A program made the translations under genes and the position numbers. Below, one piece after another: positions 27,907 to 40,695 of a stretch of DNA of 64,000 bases (position 1 is the first letter of the stretch; each line of letters opens with the position of its first letter). The stretch comes from Bigelowiella natans CCMP2755 (lineage: Eukaryota > Protista > Cercozoa), in NCBI GenBank assembly GCA_000320545.1, contig ADNK01002342.1, positions 18,864 through 82,863 of the forward strand. The letters are read 5' to 3'. Under the pieces are notes generated by a model. That model saw only the letters and a program-made list of their open reading frames with translations. It did no database searches and was not told the origin of the DNA.

Positions 27907-28562
27907 AAGTGGTCGATGCAGAGAGCCATGCATTCGACCCAGATTCAGATATGTACAATCCAATCAACAATGGCTACTTTTTTTTGTCTATTACCACATC
28001 ATGCGCATAAGATGCAAGATAGAGAGGCAATTTCTATGTGAATGTCACTACTACCACGGCACCCAGTCGCTCTTTGCTGACAAATGTAGTGTGAATAGCT
28101 TCATAGCAAAACATGAAATTATGGAAAACATGCCCTGCTCCATATTACCACGATAGTTACCTAACAAACATGCACGTACATGCATTTTTTTGGCGTACAT
28201 AGCACGTGGCACCGCATCAGTTTGTTGAGCAGCCAATGCACGAAACTCGTCAAAGAGTTGACAATTCATGCTGTCTAGCTGCGGCAGTAGTCCGGCACTA
28301 GACCATACTACTATAACTAGACCAACTAGCCATGCTGCGAGACTAGCTAGCTGGACACACTGTCACCTGGCAGCAGGCAAATGCGCAGGCTCTAGATGGC
28401 TTCGATGGCGCTGACAGCAACATCATTCTAGCATTGTTGGCCCGACATCATCATGTCAGTGTAATTGGGTGGTAGCGGCTAAGAGAGCTAGCATGTGCCC
28501 CCCTTCTAACCTTCTAGACTTGGAATGCATGGTGCGTAAATGTGAGCTCCGTGCTACTGTGC

Positions 28563-28783
28563 ATATGAAACGGGTGTAATGATAAATGTTTAAATTTTTT
28601 CAATGGTCATCCTGATGTAGCTATGCAGAGCAGCGGCTACAGCCTAGCAGCGCTCAAGTTGTATCTGCATGTTTGTTTCTTGTGTCACGTGTTGCATGCA
28701 TGCATGCATGTACATATACATGAGACGGATGTACATATATATATATATGACCATTGAAAAAATTTAATTCTTCATCACATCCG

Positions 28784-28826
<43 letters not shown>

Positions 28827-28878
28827 GTCAGGATGACCACTGAAAAAATTTAAACACTTCATTACATCCGTCTCATAT
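28563..28878. mobile_element. MITE-like element with ~55-bp imperfect inverted repeats and internal partial copies
   Basis: 28563-28619 is approximately the reverse complement of 28824-28878 (core tgacca[t/c]tgaaaaaatttaaaca). A third copy lies at 28748-28790. No ORF. Confidence 0.55.
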
Positions 28879-29163
28879 TATATATGTACATTTATTGGCA
28901 TGTAAGCTCTCTAGACTAAGCAGCTAGGACATGATGCACATCACACCACATGCACAGCAGACGCACTCTACAATGCACCGCAAATATACGTACACGTGCT
29001 TTACACATTGCATGCATGTTCTATATCTCTCACAAGATCAAGCGCACGAAAGTTAGGGACAAACGATACACATAAACAGTCGCTCAGATGTACAGGCCGC
29101 ACAGCTACCGCGCCTTCTGGCCACCTCTCTCTAGAATCTACTTACTGTACCAAATTTGCGGGC

Positions 29164-29205
<42 letters not shown>

Positions 29206-29255
29206 GAGAGATTGTGGATCTTCAATCTCTTAAGAAGCGTGCTTGTACCCATCAC

Positions 29256-32184
29256 TCACAGAACGGAGGCGACCAGCCGTGCGATTCGCCTCACAATGAG
29301 TGACTGGAAGAGGCTCCCATCTTCAGCACAGACGCGTACTGGCTCGGCATTTTCACAGAGGTCCATCACTTCCTGGGTCAAAGTACTCCGAAGAGCGGGA
29401 TTTGCAGTAAGTATGAACGCCTAAGTCGTAGCGGCCAAGTGGTCTCGTCATATAAGCATGGAACGATGGGAAAGGAGGGAGGGAGGGGGGAGGGAGGCAA
29501 GAATACAATAGGCGTATATCCACTCTCCGAACCCCCCCCCTTTCCCCATCTCTCACCTGTACTTCCAAGTCCCTATGTACTGATCTGAAATTGTAGTTGG
29601 AGCTCCCGGCGGTGGTGAGGAAGGGCCGCATGCTTTCGCCCCTGAACGAGGACGAAGACGACGGGAGGCCGGACGCTGGAGACGACGGCGACGATGATGA
29701 TGACGATGAGGAGGAAGAGGAGGAGAAGGAGGAGGAGGGGGAGTTCTCCCCAATCCATAACCCTTTGGAATGGAAGCTCCAATTCACAGCGTCTTCTGCT
29801 TGTCCCTTCTCCTCCAAGCGACTCCATTCGAGGACAGACAGCGTCGCGATATCGTGCGCAGCCTTGTCTCCCCCCCCATCCCTTGCTATCTCTGCTCTCC
29901 TTTCCTTTGCCTCCTCGGCGATTTCCAGCATCCTAGAGCGGTAGAGAGAAGGTACCTGGAAAGGACAATACCCACGTATCAGCAACTGCTCTACAGCGCC
30001 CTATAGACAAGATACATACATGTCGCGTGACGAGCCCAGAAGCGCCGTACCAGCCGTTCGCATTCAGGGCTCCGCCGAGAAAAGCACCTGTAGAAGGGAG
30101 GTGGGGAGGGGGGGGAGGGGGGGGAGGGAGGGAGGGGCAAGGATCAGCCTAAGATGTGGTATATATAATGGCGGGGGATAATGAAGTCGACGATCAAAGC
30201 ACTTTTTACATTGCGGTGTAGCTCCTTCATCCATATGTGAATAATAAACCCCCGCCCCCCCCCCCGCCCCTCCCCTCTCTTACGTCATGACCGTTCGGTC
30301 CCCACTTGAGCATTGCTTCCACGATGTTCCTTGTCGGGTTTAAGTAGCCCGCAGCTAGGAGGGCAGCTCGAGGAGTGGAGGTAGTGCTGCTGGAGGGGGA
30401 CTGTAGAGACAGCACATCGACCACGGCTTCCGAGTCCAGATGTAGCCCACACCATCCGTACTCTATGCTGGGGAATATGTGCGCGTATTCATGATCGTCA
30501 TCGGTCCAGCCCAGCGGAGAATCATCCTCGCCGCCATTGTTATCACCCTCATTCCGATGAGTGGCAGCACCAGGAGAAAACAACTGGCAAAGCTCATCAC
30601 GTAGCAGCGAGAGTCGGTTCTCAGACAGAGAGTAGTCCTGTAGCTGTGGGGGGGGGGAGCATGACGACGAGGGCGTGAGCGCTTCAGCGGCGTCTTCGCG
30701 TCCTTTTGTAGTCGTCCGTTTGCCACAGCTATCGTCATCGATGCTGGCTTCGATCCTCGGGGATGCTGAGCACAAGCAGCGCACCTTTGTACCGCATATT
30801 ACATCTCTGAATTAATGAAGATAAAACTCTCTCTCTCTCTACATCTAATAATTTTCCATATACACACACACATATATATATATATAAATATATATATATA
30901 ATTCTAATTTCTTAAATCTCTATCCTTCTCCTACATCCTTATTTCTCTCTTGGCGTCCAACGTCAACGCATCTGAATCGCTTTTCCTCACCACTTGGCTG
31001 TAGAAATCGGTGAGCTTACGATCGCGGACCCTTACGTACCGGTCTTGCCTGCAATGGACGTGGGAGACGACATCGCGCGAGGAGCAACGATACACGAGTG
31101 ATGAATTCGATGAATATCAACCGTTTATGAGAGTTCTAAGAAAACTTTTGGGGCGGAAGACGACGATGATGGTGATATTTAACGTCCTGGATTAGAAGAA
31201 GAGCTCGACAGAGAAGTGTACGTTCACCCCCTCTGCCCATCCCCCCCCCTCTCCTTTTATGCATATATTTTTGTTCACCCGCTCCTCGAACGAAAAGGTT
31301 GCAATTGTGCGTATACTAAGCACATGCGCGCGCGCGCGCGCAGATCGCACCAAAACACACCTACCTCGTCGTGAAATAGACATCGCTGAGATTGGCGCCG
31401 CTCAGGATCACCGAGTTGTCGAATATGTACAGCTTGGCGTGGTAGACAGAGCGCAGTTCGTTGAGTCGGGAGGACGAGGATGAGCCTAACTTCTCAACGA
31501 TCCTGAGTGTTATTGATGGTGGGGGATGAGGCAGTACTCGTGCTGTTTCTATGCCACTCTTTCGTCACAGAAACAGAGCGGTTTTACCATCGAGGGGGGG
31601 CGAGAGACGGGTACGGAGGTGCTGGAAAGAGGAAACACGACACCCGTTCCACACCGAACTCGGATACGAGGGCCTTTTGGATTAGTTGCAAGCATGTAGC
31701 ACGACAGCGGAGCCATGAGTTATATCAGACCGCCAGCGCGCGGCAGCTCGAATGCGACGCACAAGTTCTCGAGTGGCTTTCGGTCGGAGAATACCTTCAA
31801 CTGCGAATAATTTCCATCGTGAGCTCTGGCTGGGACAGAACGAGGCCTTCCCTCCCCTTTATCAGCAGCAGCCGCGGCAGGGACAGGAGAAGCAGCGGCA
31901 GCCCTTGACGGACCTCGAAGCGTCCGGTGTGCATCGACGAGAAGAGTGACCGTCAGCTTTGGCTTCAGACTGAGCGCTTCCCGCAGGTCTTGAATGAGTC
32001 GCTGTTTTGACAGCGACAATATGACAAAAACACAATGCATGCCACCGTAAGCTGTGACCGGTCATGAATCATACATCTGCAACAGTTCTGCCGACGGAAA
32101 GGCACATAACTCAACGACCTGGGCCTTATCGTCGGTCCCCAAGTACAACGTGCTTATCAGCACCCTACGGGACGGGCCAAAAAA

Positions 32185-32245
<61 letters not shown>

Positions 32246-32593
32246 AGAAAAGGTGGGCAGGAATGAGTAAAGCTGGTTGAGCTGATGGCCCCTTTCTTTC
32301 CTCTTCTGGTCGAAAGTTAACGCTGACATCGAGCTATAACATTCAGGCACACTCGTGGACGACCGTTCCTCAGCGCTCTGAATCCCATCACGCATCGCCT
32401 GGAAGAAATTACTTGGCGTCCGCAAGGACTCGATGCCCTCCGCCTTGACCGTGAATTTCGGAAGCCGCTCGGACAGCAGCCTTGCGTAATCGTCGATGCC
32501 TGCTGCATCTCGTACTGTGTGCAGAGCCCGCAGAGCACGCACAGTCCGCGGTGTCCGCTTGCACCGCTTGAACAAGAGGCTGTAGCTTCTCAT
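29256..32593 (-). CDS. PGS1: CDP-diacylglycerol--glycerol-3-phosphate 3-phosphatidyltransferase (PLD superfamily, mitochondrial), multi-exon
   Basis: Motifs LRTPSNFFQAMRDGIQSAEER, LISTLYLG, LTVTLLVDAHRTLRG, AAGYLN, WSFHSKGLW, GSSNYNFRSVHRDLEVQ. Basic N-terminal presequence-like stretch. Stop after ...LVASVL at 29256. Confidence 0.88.
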
Positions 32594-32947
32594 AGGAGGG
32601 GGTGCCTCGTTCCGCCGCCTTCACACCCGCAGCGCTCCCATCAGCGCAGCGCACAGGATGGATGCACGAGGGGGGCTCGTCACGTCGCGGAATCAGAAGA
32701 AAAACATACTTCAAAAATGCCGGGAAACACCCGGTTTTTACCCTGCGACAATGTCCACACAACCCGAAAAACAGCCTGCGACAGGCGGGAGGTCATTGAG
32801 GTCTGTGCTCCCAGGAAACTTCCGACAGGCAAATGATCCACGAACGTGCAAATAGTGAGTGAATATCCATCGAGTAAACTTCGTATATTTTATTTCTAAA
32901 ATTCTACGCGTAGGCGCGTGTACGGAAAATAACACATTGAATCCGGA
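32594..32947. promoter_or_regulatory. Short head-to-head intergenic region, probable bidirectional promoter (PGS1 / ADISSP-like)
   Basis: About 350 bp between two divergent inferred start codons. No specific motif identified. Confidence 0.4.
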
Positions 32948-34817
32948 ATGGAGGAGGATCATGCGGAGGTAAGAGCACAGGGATGCTTGCTCACCAGCTT
33001 GCGGGCTTTCAGGCATTCACGCCACTTGCCCAATCGCGCTGATACCTTGTTCCTGCTACCTCTGGAACATTGTTTGCTACCTTAGAAACGACGCCCCTCA
33101 CGGGGTCTGAAATTCGCCAGGCCGCCAGGAGGAGAGGGGGAAGGTAAAGACCACTTCGAGGGACGGCCCAAGGTACCTATATAAAAGAAGAGCCTGGCCA
33201 TACACATTATAAGTCTGGTTCATTTTTGTTATCAAGGGCATAACATTGAAGAGAACAAAGACCGGCCTCGAAGCAAAGCTTGGTAATAGAGCATGATTGG
33301 AAGAGGACTTAAGACACCTCGCACTCTTCATCGGCAATGTACCCAGCATTCGTCTGCATAACCATTAGGATTTCTTCTACCATTCTGCACATACTCCGTG
33401 AAGATCAACGCGGATCCAATTGTCGAGCATTTCCCAAAATCGGTGTTGCCTTCATTCCTTCACAGCCTGACTTTCGTTGTATAATGTGCATATACGCGCT
33501 ACCGTGTTTGTGGTTTTGGGAAGCTAGTTCGCATGGTGACACATAATGCCAATCTTCATTGTCTTTGTTAGAAGAGCGTCCATATTTCCTACAAGAATGC
33601 AGAGTACACAAGCACACCCAGCACAATGATGGCACCGTCGTGTCTGAAGGAAGACCAAACATCTTCATCGTCGTCGTCGTCGTCGTCGTCGCGGCCGCCA
33701 TTATCTTCCACTGCGCCTGCTGTTTCTCTGGACTCGTCGTACCCAACGATATGCGTCGAGATCAACGTAGATGATTTGATGTTGTGTCGTCGATCCGCAC
33801 AAATGATGATGCTGATGATGATGATGATGATGTTTTTTCCTAAATATATGTTTTGTTTTATCTAGCAATTGGGTGCGTCTTGTTTGCATGTTTGCACGCA
33901 TATGTTTGCCTCCTGTGTTTTCCAACGTATTGTCATGCCCCAGCAGATGTTAGAATATATAGATGCTAAGATAATTCGCGAGGTCTCATTCAACAGCTCT
34001 CTCCGTTTACTAAACCCTTCCCCACACTTTCCCGCCTCTGCTCTTTTTCGACCGCTGAACCGCCATTGCTTCATCGCTCTGGCACAAAAGACTACGAAGG
34101 AGTCCGTCACGATTGAAGACGAACTGCTTTTCACAAATGATGGTCGGTTAGGGGATATATATATATATGTGTGTGTGTGTGTGTAAGTCTATATGACTAC
34201 ATAAGCAAAATATGGTTGCATCTATTTCTCCCCCATCATCCGGTTTTCTGAGCTGCATGGCGTTCGAGAAAATACATACCCACACTGTCTTCACACTACG
34301 CGCTATCGTAGGAAAATCTGGGGAAACGAAACCTGTTTCTGTGGTACTCAAAGCAAAGGTTGCTCTTTTCAGTTGTTAGGTCCTTGGGTTCGCCTCTCAA
34401 TTTCCTCTGTATGATTCTTACAGGTCTTCCGCAAAACCCAGGTGGTGATTGCGCATAGCACTGGCATCAATAGTTATCATGGCAGCTGCGGAAGTGTTTT
34501 CTTCTTCCTTTCGCGTCGGCGTATAATCATGTATGTGTTGTGTGTGAGTACCGTATCTTATCGGATTGACGAGACAGAACTTCCCCTCCACCTCACGAGC
34601 AGGGGACGCCATTGCTGAAGGACGGAATAAAAAGAATCGGAAAGCGGACTGATTTGATGGTGAGTGGTACACTCCCCATTTTTTGATGTGTCTTACTCTT
34701 TCTGGTGATATCAACGAGTACTTTCGACGCCCCACTTAGAAAGCAGCGTTTCTTAACCATGCCCTGTCTTAGAGCGACGTGGAGTCTGAATTCGAGGGTT
34801 TCGCTCCCCTACCCTAG
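32948..34817 (+). CDS. ADISSP/C20orf27 (UPF0687)-like protein built from about 10 micro-exons
   Basis: Spliced pieces MEEDHAE | KRRPSRGLKFARPPGGEGEGKDHFEGRPK | GITLKRTKTGLEAKLG | FLLPFCTYSVKIN ... TTKESVTIEDELLFTNDG ... VIMAAAEVFSSSFR | GTPLLKDGIKRIGKRTDLM | SDVESEFEGFAPLP-stop. These follow my recollection of C20orf27 motifs (VKVGFL..HRY, KEE.LL, GTPMLLDGVKCVG, SDWHGF) in order. The middle exons are uncertain. Confidence 0.72.
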
Positions 34818-35873
34818 CCCTCGCTCCGCAATGGAAGCATTTAGAGGCATCAGCGCCAACATGTCCCCCATGGACGTACTACATGCTAGCATGGTTCAGC
34901 GAACGCAAAGAATTTGTCAAAGAAGTAATGAAGAGCTCTAGCTGTGGAGTACCGGTAGGTACTCCAGCGTACCACACGCATACACACACACACACACACA
35001 TACACGCATAGTAGTAAATATTTATATGTACATTGTGATAAAACATAAGCATACTCAGTGTAAATTACATTGCATTTCCACACAGCCTAAAAGCTGCGTT
35101 TCTGTAACGCGACTTTGTCTTGATGCATGAACCGTGTATCCTAAAGCCCGAGAACGCAAGACCACCGCCCAGCATACATGTCTGGATGTCAAATCCCTCA
35201 AATATGCAGCAGCACTTGTGTTAGCTTGCGTGTCATATAAAGCTACATTACATATGCTTGTAAGCATGTTCCACATTTCATACGTATCTACTTTTCCGGC
35301 GCATCTCTATACGAGGGGAGAGCCACAGCAATTGCATAGCATTTGATGTTATCATCCTATCGGATACGATGATCTGCATTACTGCCATGCATGCGCAGAT
35401 CGAGAGCTCGTATCGAATCGTGTATAGACATATCAAGATGAATTATTGAGCGTTACGATATCGTATGTGTACGTGTACACACGATCTCAGCAGGAATTTT
35501 GCTTATTACGCTTTACACAGAACATATTGCCATCCCTAGTCTAAAATATCTATCAGCGTTAACAATTATGATCCGTGCAAGGTTTCAACTACGATACGAT
35601 GTAATTTTTTAAAAATTACATTTCAAGGAACAACAAATACCTATTTTTTGATGCTGAGGCAAGATTGATTGATCAGCACATCTTCATTTGATGCATCAAT
35701 ATTAATGTGTCCTTACCGTCCCCATCCAACTTCCATGGCGGTTATTTGGTGACGACGAAGTCATAAAGGAGAGGATTTCCTCACCCTGATCAAAGCCTTC
35801 ATCGTCACCGTTGTCAGCATTGCGTTTGCCTCCATCATTACAGCCATCGCTATGTTTTCCCTTCCAAGTCTAT

Positions 35874-37307
35874 TCAGACTGCAGTACGGGGGGACCCGCG
35901 ATCTCCGGCGTCGTTGGCGGGAGCATCAGTGCCGTCGTTGCTGCTCGCGAGATTGATGGCGAGGAACCCCGCAACCACCAAAATCGCAGCTCCGATCGAA
36001 CTCACCGTTGGGAGGATGGCATTCAGGAAAAGATCTGAAATAATCGCCAGAGGTATGGTCAGGGACAAACCAATCGTCGCGACGGTTGGCGTTGTAAGGA
36101 GCACGCCGAGCGCCCATAGGTAGTCGGATACCACGTTGTCCAATATCCCTTTGGCCACGATGAGGCCGATCGTCTCAGCTGTCACACTATAGAGCGTCTC
36201 CACACCTGTGTAGTTTAGAGCTATGACAACAGGGGCTAACATAATCATGTTTATTAAACCCAGGAACCCGAAGAACAGTGGGAGGGACACAGCAGACTCG
36301 TCAGGGATTTTCCAGCGAATGCAAACCGTGTACACGCCGTACATGAAAGCTGAAAACATGCAGACAACATCGCCCCAGGCTGTCTCAGCTGCATTGCTTC
36401 TTGTGCTATCTCCAAATGTCGTCAGGACGTTGCCCCCCAAACAGAGGAGCACCCCCCCTACCTTCCACCAGCTGAAGCCCTCCCCCAGCACGCAGATGGA
36501 GAGAACAAATGTCCAGAGCGTCGACGTGTTCGAAATGACCGTTGAGGAGGTAACAGAAGTCATAGCTAGTGACTCGTTGTAGGACCAATTGGCCAGAAAC
36601 CACAAAGGACAAATCAGTGCGCTAGTCCGGGCAATCTCCACCTTGGTGTAAACTGAGGATGATACGGTTGAAGCTGCCCCGTCGCTGCTGCTTCTTGAGT
36701 TGCTGCCAGGGTCTGATTCCTCGCTTGTTCCCCCTATCTCATTTACAGGCTTCATAGGCCGGCGGTGGCGTCGGCGTCGGTGATGGTGGTGGCCGCCGTT
36801 ATAAGTCTGGTGCTTCTTATCTTTGAGTTTCTCTTCCACGTCATCCTCTTCAAAATCACGCAGAGAATGCCCATTCTTCGAGTCGGGGGATCCACCAGTA
36901 CCATTACGAATGTTTACATAGTCGAACACCGCGCTCAAGCCTGTGGGCACGTCGCTGACGTAGCCCATCCGCAACCCAACGTACCAAATGGGGAGGTTGA
37001 TAGCGAAGAGGGAATTGCATAAATAGGTCAGAAAGAACGGCCGCCGGAAGGACTCTTTCTCAAAGATAAACTGAACTAGTACGGATGCGCCTGCCCAAAT
37101 CACAGCGACTGACACGATGCAGAGAACTCCCAAAGCCCATCGCTTCTCCGCTGTGCGAGGCTGCTGTCGGACCTCCACGAAGACGGTCTCCATGGTTTCC
37201 CCGGTGGTGCTTCTGCCTTCGTTGTTGTCCCTGATTTGCTCCTGCTGATTGTTCAAGCTTCTATTTGTTCTAATATCGATGGACCCTTGCTCCCTCTCTG
37301 CTCTCAT
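35874..37307 (-). CDS. SLC35F5/THI74-like EamA (DMT) transporter, intronless
   Basis: VAVIWAGAS.LVQFIF..FRRPFFLTYLCNSLF, CPLWFLANWSYNESL..TSVTSSTVISNTS, VSDYLWALGVLLTTPTVATIGLSLTIPLA. The true start may be the downstream Met (METVF). Confidence 0.9.
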   Translation of the reverse strand: MRAEREQGSIDIRTNRSLNNQQEQIRDNNEGRSTTGETMETVFVEVRQQPRTAEKRWALGVLCIVSVAVIWAGASVLVQFIFEKESFRRPFFLTYLCNSLFAINLPIWYVGLRMGYVSDVPTGLSAVFDYVNIRNGTGGSPDSKNGHSLRDFEEDDVEEKLKDKKHQTYNGGHHHHRRRRHRRPMKPVNEIGGTSEESDPGSNSRSSSDGAASTVSSSVYTKVEIARTSALICPLWFLANWSYNESLAMTSVTSSTVISNTSTLWTFVLSICVLGEGFSWWKVGGVLLCLGGNVLTTFGDSTRSNAAETAWGDVVCMFSAFMYGVYTVCIRWKIPDESAVSLPLFFGFLGLINMIMLAPVVIALNYTGVETLYSVTAETIGLIVAKGILDNVVSDYLWALGVLLTTPTVATIGLSLTIPLAIISDLFLNAILPTVSSIGAAILVVAGFLAINLASSNDGTDAPANDAGDRGSPRTAV

Positions 37308-37882
37308 CTAACGCCTCGTGGCGTAGAGGGGGGGACTTAACTCGAAAACCACCGCAGGTTACTGGCGGGCTTTTTAAGTCACATAATTATCCCAGAAATA
37401 TCTATTTCGTTTCTTCCTGAGCCAATTCTGCTTGCAGATTTTTGGGCGGCGACAACCCTGCGACGAAGGGTACTTCCGTTTATCTCCGTCGGGGCAGAAC
37501 CTACACATTATTGACTGGAAAATTCCAGATATGTATCTCTTCCGTATGCGCATTTCTCCGCGGCCATGGAAGTTTTCTGTAAGTCGTAGGGGTACAGAGG
37601 TGCTGCTTTTCCCTCGAATTTAATATTGTAGCGCACAACCCCAGAAATATCATGGTGATTCCCGCCCACATGAGCGGATCATTATTGTTAGTATTTTCGT
37701 ACATGTGTTAATAAAATAGGCAGGATATATCTGAACTTACGACATAGATGATTTTGCCAATTCCCAAACTAACTAGAACCACTCGCCACACTGATCCGGC
37801 CCCCCCCCTACTCCGAAACAGAAGCCGAGAGGAGTGGTTGGGACTGCAGCTAGCTACCGCTTTCTTCACATCCGAAGCGAAA

Positions 37883-38902
37883 ATGTTCTTACGGTCTGGA
37901 CTGCATTGCTCACGCCCACTTCGAGGTTCGTCGCGGTTGCAGCGGCTTCAAGTCGTCGCCGCAACCGCGAGATTACCAAGCTCTACTATAAGAAGGAATT
38001 CTCCATCGAGGTGGGAACCTGTGGACATGCGGTTTCTCTCCGTGCGTGGTAGCGGAAGAACAAATCGTTCGTTCGATTTCACGAAGGGCGGGAATGTCCA
38101 TAGAGCAGGACCGGAGAAGAAGAAAAACAAGGCAATCACCGCCAAAGAGGTCTTGCTGATCAACGAAGAGGGAAAGAACCTTGGCGTCGTGAGCCTTAGT
38201 AATGCGCTTTCTAACGCAAAGAGCGTTGGAGCGGATCTTGTTCAGGTGTCCCTCACCTTTCAAATCCCCTGATACTATCTATCCATACACCATCTGGGTA
38301 GTGTGTGTGTGTGTGTGTATTTGTGTGTGTGTGTGTTGAACGCGTATATACATATGTCTGAAGAAAAGGAACCTACCTCAGATGTCACTAAGCGTGCCCC
38401 CCGTCTGCAGGATCGTAAAGGAGGAAGAGGTGAAATATTCTCAATGCCCCGCGAATTTTATGTCCTTGAAATCATATTTTTCGCGCTCCTGTCGCTATCG
38501 TTTCCTCATCTCTCCCCCCCTCTCCCTCTCTCCCAGGGCAAGAAGAGCAAGAAGGTGGACTCCAATGAAGTTCACAAACTAGAAAAACAGATGAAATCGC
38601 TCAAGATCTTCCGCTTAAGACCCCAGATAGAACGCCACGACTTGGAAAACAAGATGAATCAGGCCTCGAAGCAGCTTAAAAAGGGCCATCCCGTCAAATT
38701 TATGATTCAAGGGGGTCATTCAGCTAACGAAAAATCAAAAAGGGAATTAATCAATAGTATCTACGAAGGGCTCGTCGCTACCGGAAATGGCCACACGTTG
38801 GACACGCTTACAACCTTATATACAAGGCCGTTCATTCTGCTCAGTCCTGTCGAGCTGTCAGCGACAACGGAAAGCAACGCAGCAAAGCAGAGCAATGAAT
38901 GA
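37883..38902 (+). CDS. Organellar (probably mitochondrial) translation initiation factor IF-3. Exons 37883-38245, 38382-38429, 38537-38902
   Basis: Arg/Ser-rich transit-like N-terminus. NKAITAKEVLLINEEGKNLGVVSLSNAL..A..VGADLVQ | M...PPVCRI | LKIFRLRPQIERHDLENKMNQASKQLKKGHPVKF. Introns are frame-consistent. Confidence 0.85.
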
Positions 38903-39795
38903 AGGGATTCCTATGAAATAGAAATCAAGGATTATACTTAGTTGGTTGTGCCTCAATATTTGGTCACCATTCATACAACAGGGAAGATTCCAGCGCGACG
39001 GTAGCTAGCGTGCCAAGTATGTATACAATACATAGCAGATTCCTTATGTGAGACTCATATGATGAAATAATTACGCTTTTTCAATAGCCATCCTAATATA
39101 GCTGTGCAAAGTAACGACTACGTACAGCGCTAAGATTGTGATTGTCAGATTCTTTGTGTCTGATAGCTGGTAGAATTGAGCGAGCGTTGCTTGCCGTACA
39201 TCATGTACCTCTGCCCCCGGCTACGCATCATAGATTAGTTGCTAAGCTCTTAACTAGTGAAAATAAAACCGCGCTAGTCTGGCTACGAAGATCCCGCTAA
39301 GCCAGTCCACATGCAGTAAGCTTAATGCCTGTGGCGGTGATTCAAACAACGTACAACTACATAGAGTGATGACAGACCGCTTGGGTGAAGCTATGCTGCT
39401 GCTACACTTGTTTATATTGCACAGGCAGACACATGCAGCACCTCAAAGAATCGAACAACACGTTGAAACATATTCCGTTAACAGTTCAATTTGGCCGAGC
39501 CGATGGCCACGGCAACACATATTTGCGATTTTTCTGACAACTTACATATTTACACGACCCCTCTAAAACATATATCTTATACTTAAATAACGAATAATTT
39601 GATCTGGATCTTTCGCTTGCAGATAAGTTTTACACACATCTAGCCTCCCCCTAATATTCTTTACAGTTGCATCATCCATGCATCTAAGCAAAATGCTGTT
39701 ACATCTCGCTGGATTCTCTTCGCATATTCTTTACAGAAAGAGCGTGCACCACTCACTCAAGGAGTGTAGATGTCTTCATCCTACATGCCTTGTCG

Positions 39796-40652
39796 CTATG
39801 CTGAGGAAGAAGAATATACGATTGGAAAGAGCTCACATTCCATCTTCGCACCTGGTTGCAGTCCGCAGTCGTAGCCATTCTCGGCCCATTTGAAATGCAT
39901 GGTTCCAGGCCGCGGATCGAACCTGTATCATCGTCGTCGGGATGGTTGTGAGCACAGAGGAGATGATGGCGACTCTATAGACTGAAAGTAGACGATTGGC
40001 ATGTGCTTGTGCACTGTGGCATTCATTCGTGCGAAGTAGCTCGGAGAGGGGGGGAGGGGGGATAGGGGAAAGGGAGAAAAGGGGTGAACCGACGTGATAT
40101 CATCACCCAACCAACGCGTCGCGTAGCCTCTACGCATCGTTTTCAGATCCGTATTGCCAGTTGCCCCGTGAAGCGTCCAGCCATGGTGTACGACAATGTC
40201 GCCGGGCTCCTGGTGAATACCATCATCGGAGTCGTTCATCGGATATATCGAGCGCACATAGTTTGAACGGGGGATGTGCAATGTGTACACGCGACCATGT
40301 CCCATCCGAGGAGCTCGTACTCGCCTCTATGAATGGCCTCCAGAGGGATCTGAGCAGCGTGGAAGAGTGCAAGGCGAGTTTACTTTTCGGCTGTGTGCAT
40401 GTGTGCGCGCGCGCGCGCGCGCGTGTTTTCTTGTTATGCTGTTGTCATTCGTCGCAGAAGGAATGCGAGGAACCTCTTCTTGATTCGGCGACTGAGCGTA
40501 CCGCCCGTCATCAGAGTCCTCTCCCGAGAAATTTGTGATCCTACACACGCAGCACACATACATTCAACCGATGTTATATAATGAAGGGTGCAGCTCGTGG
40601 GAAATGCAGGCACATGCAGACACGAATGCAGCATGCATAAACATAGTTCTAC

Positions 40653-40695
<43 letters not shown>

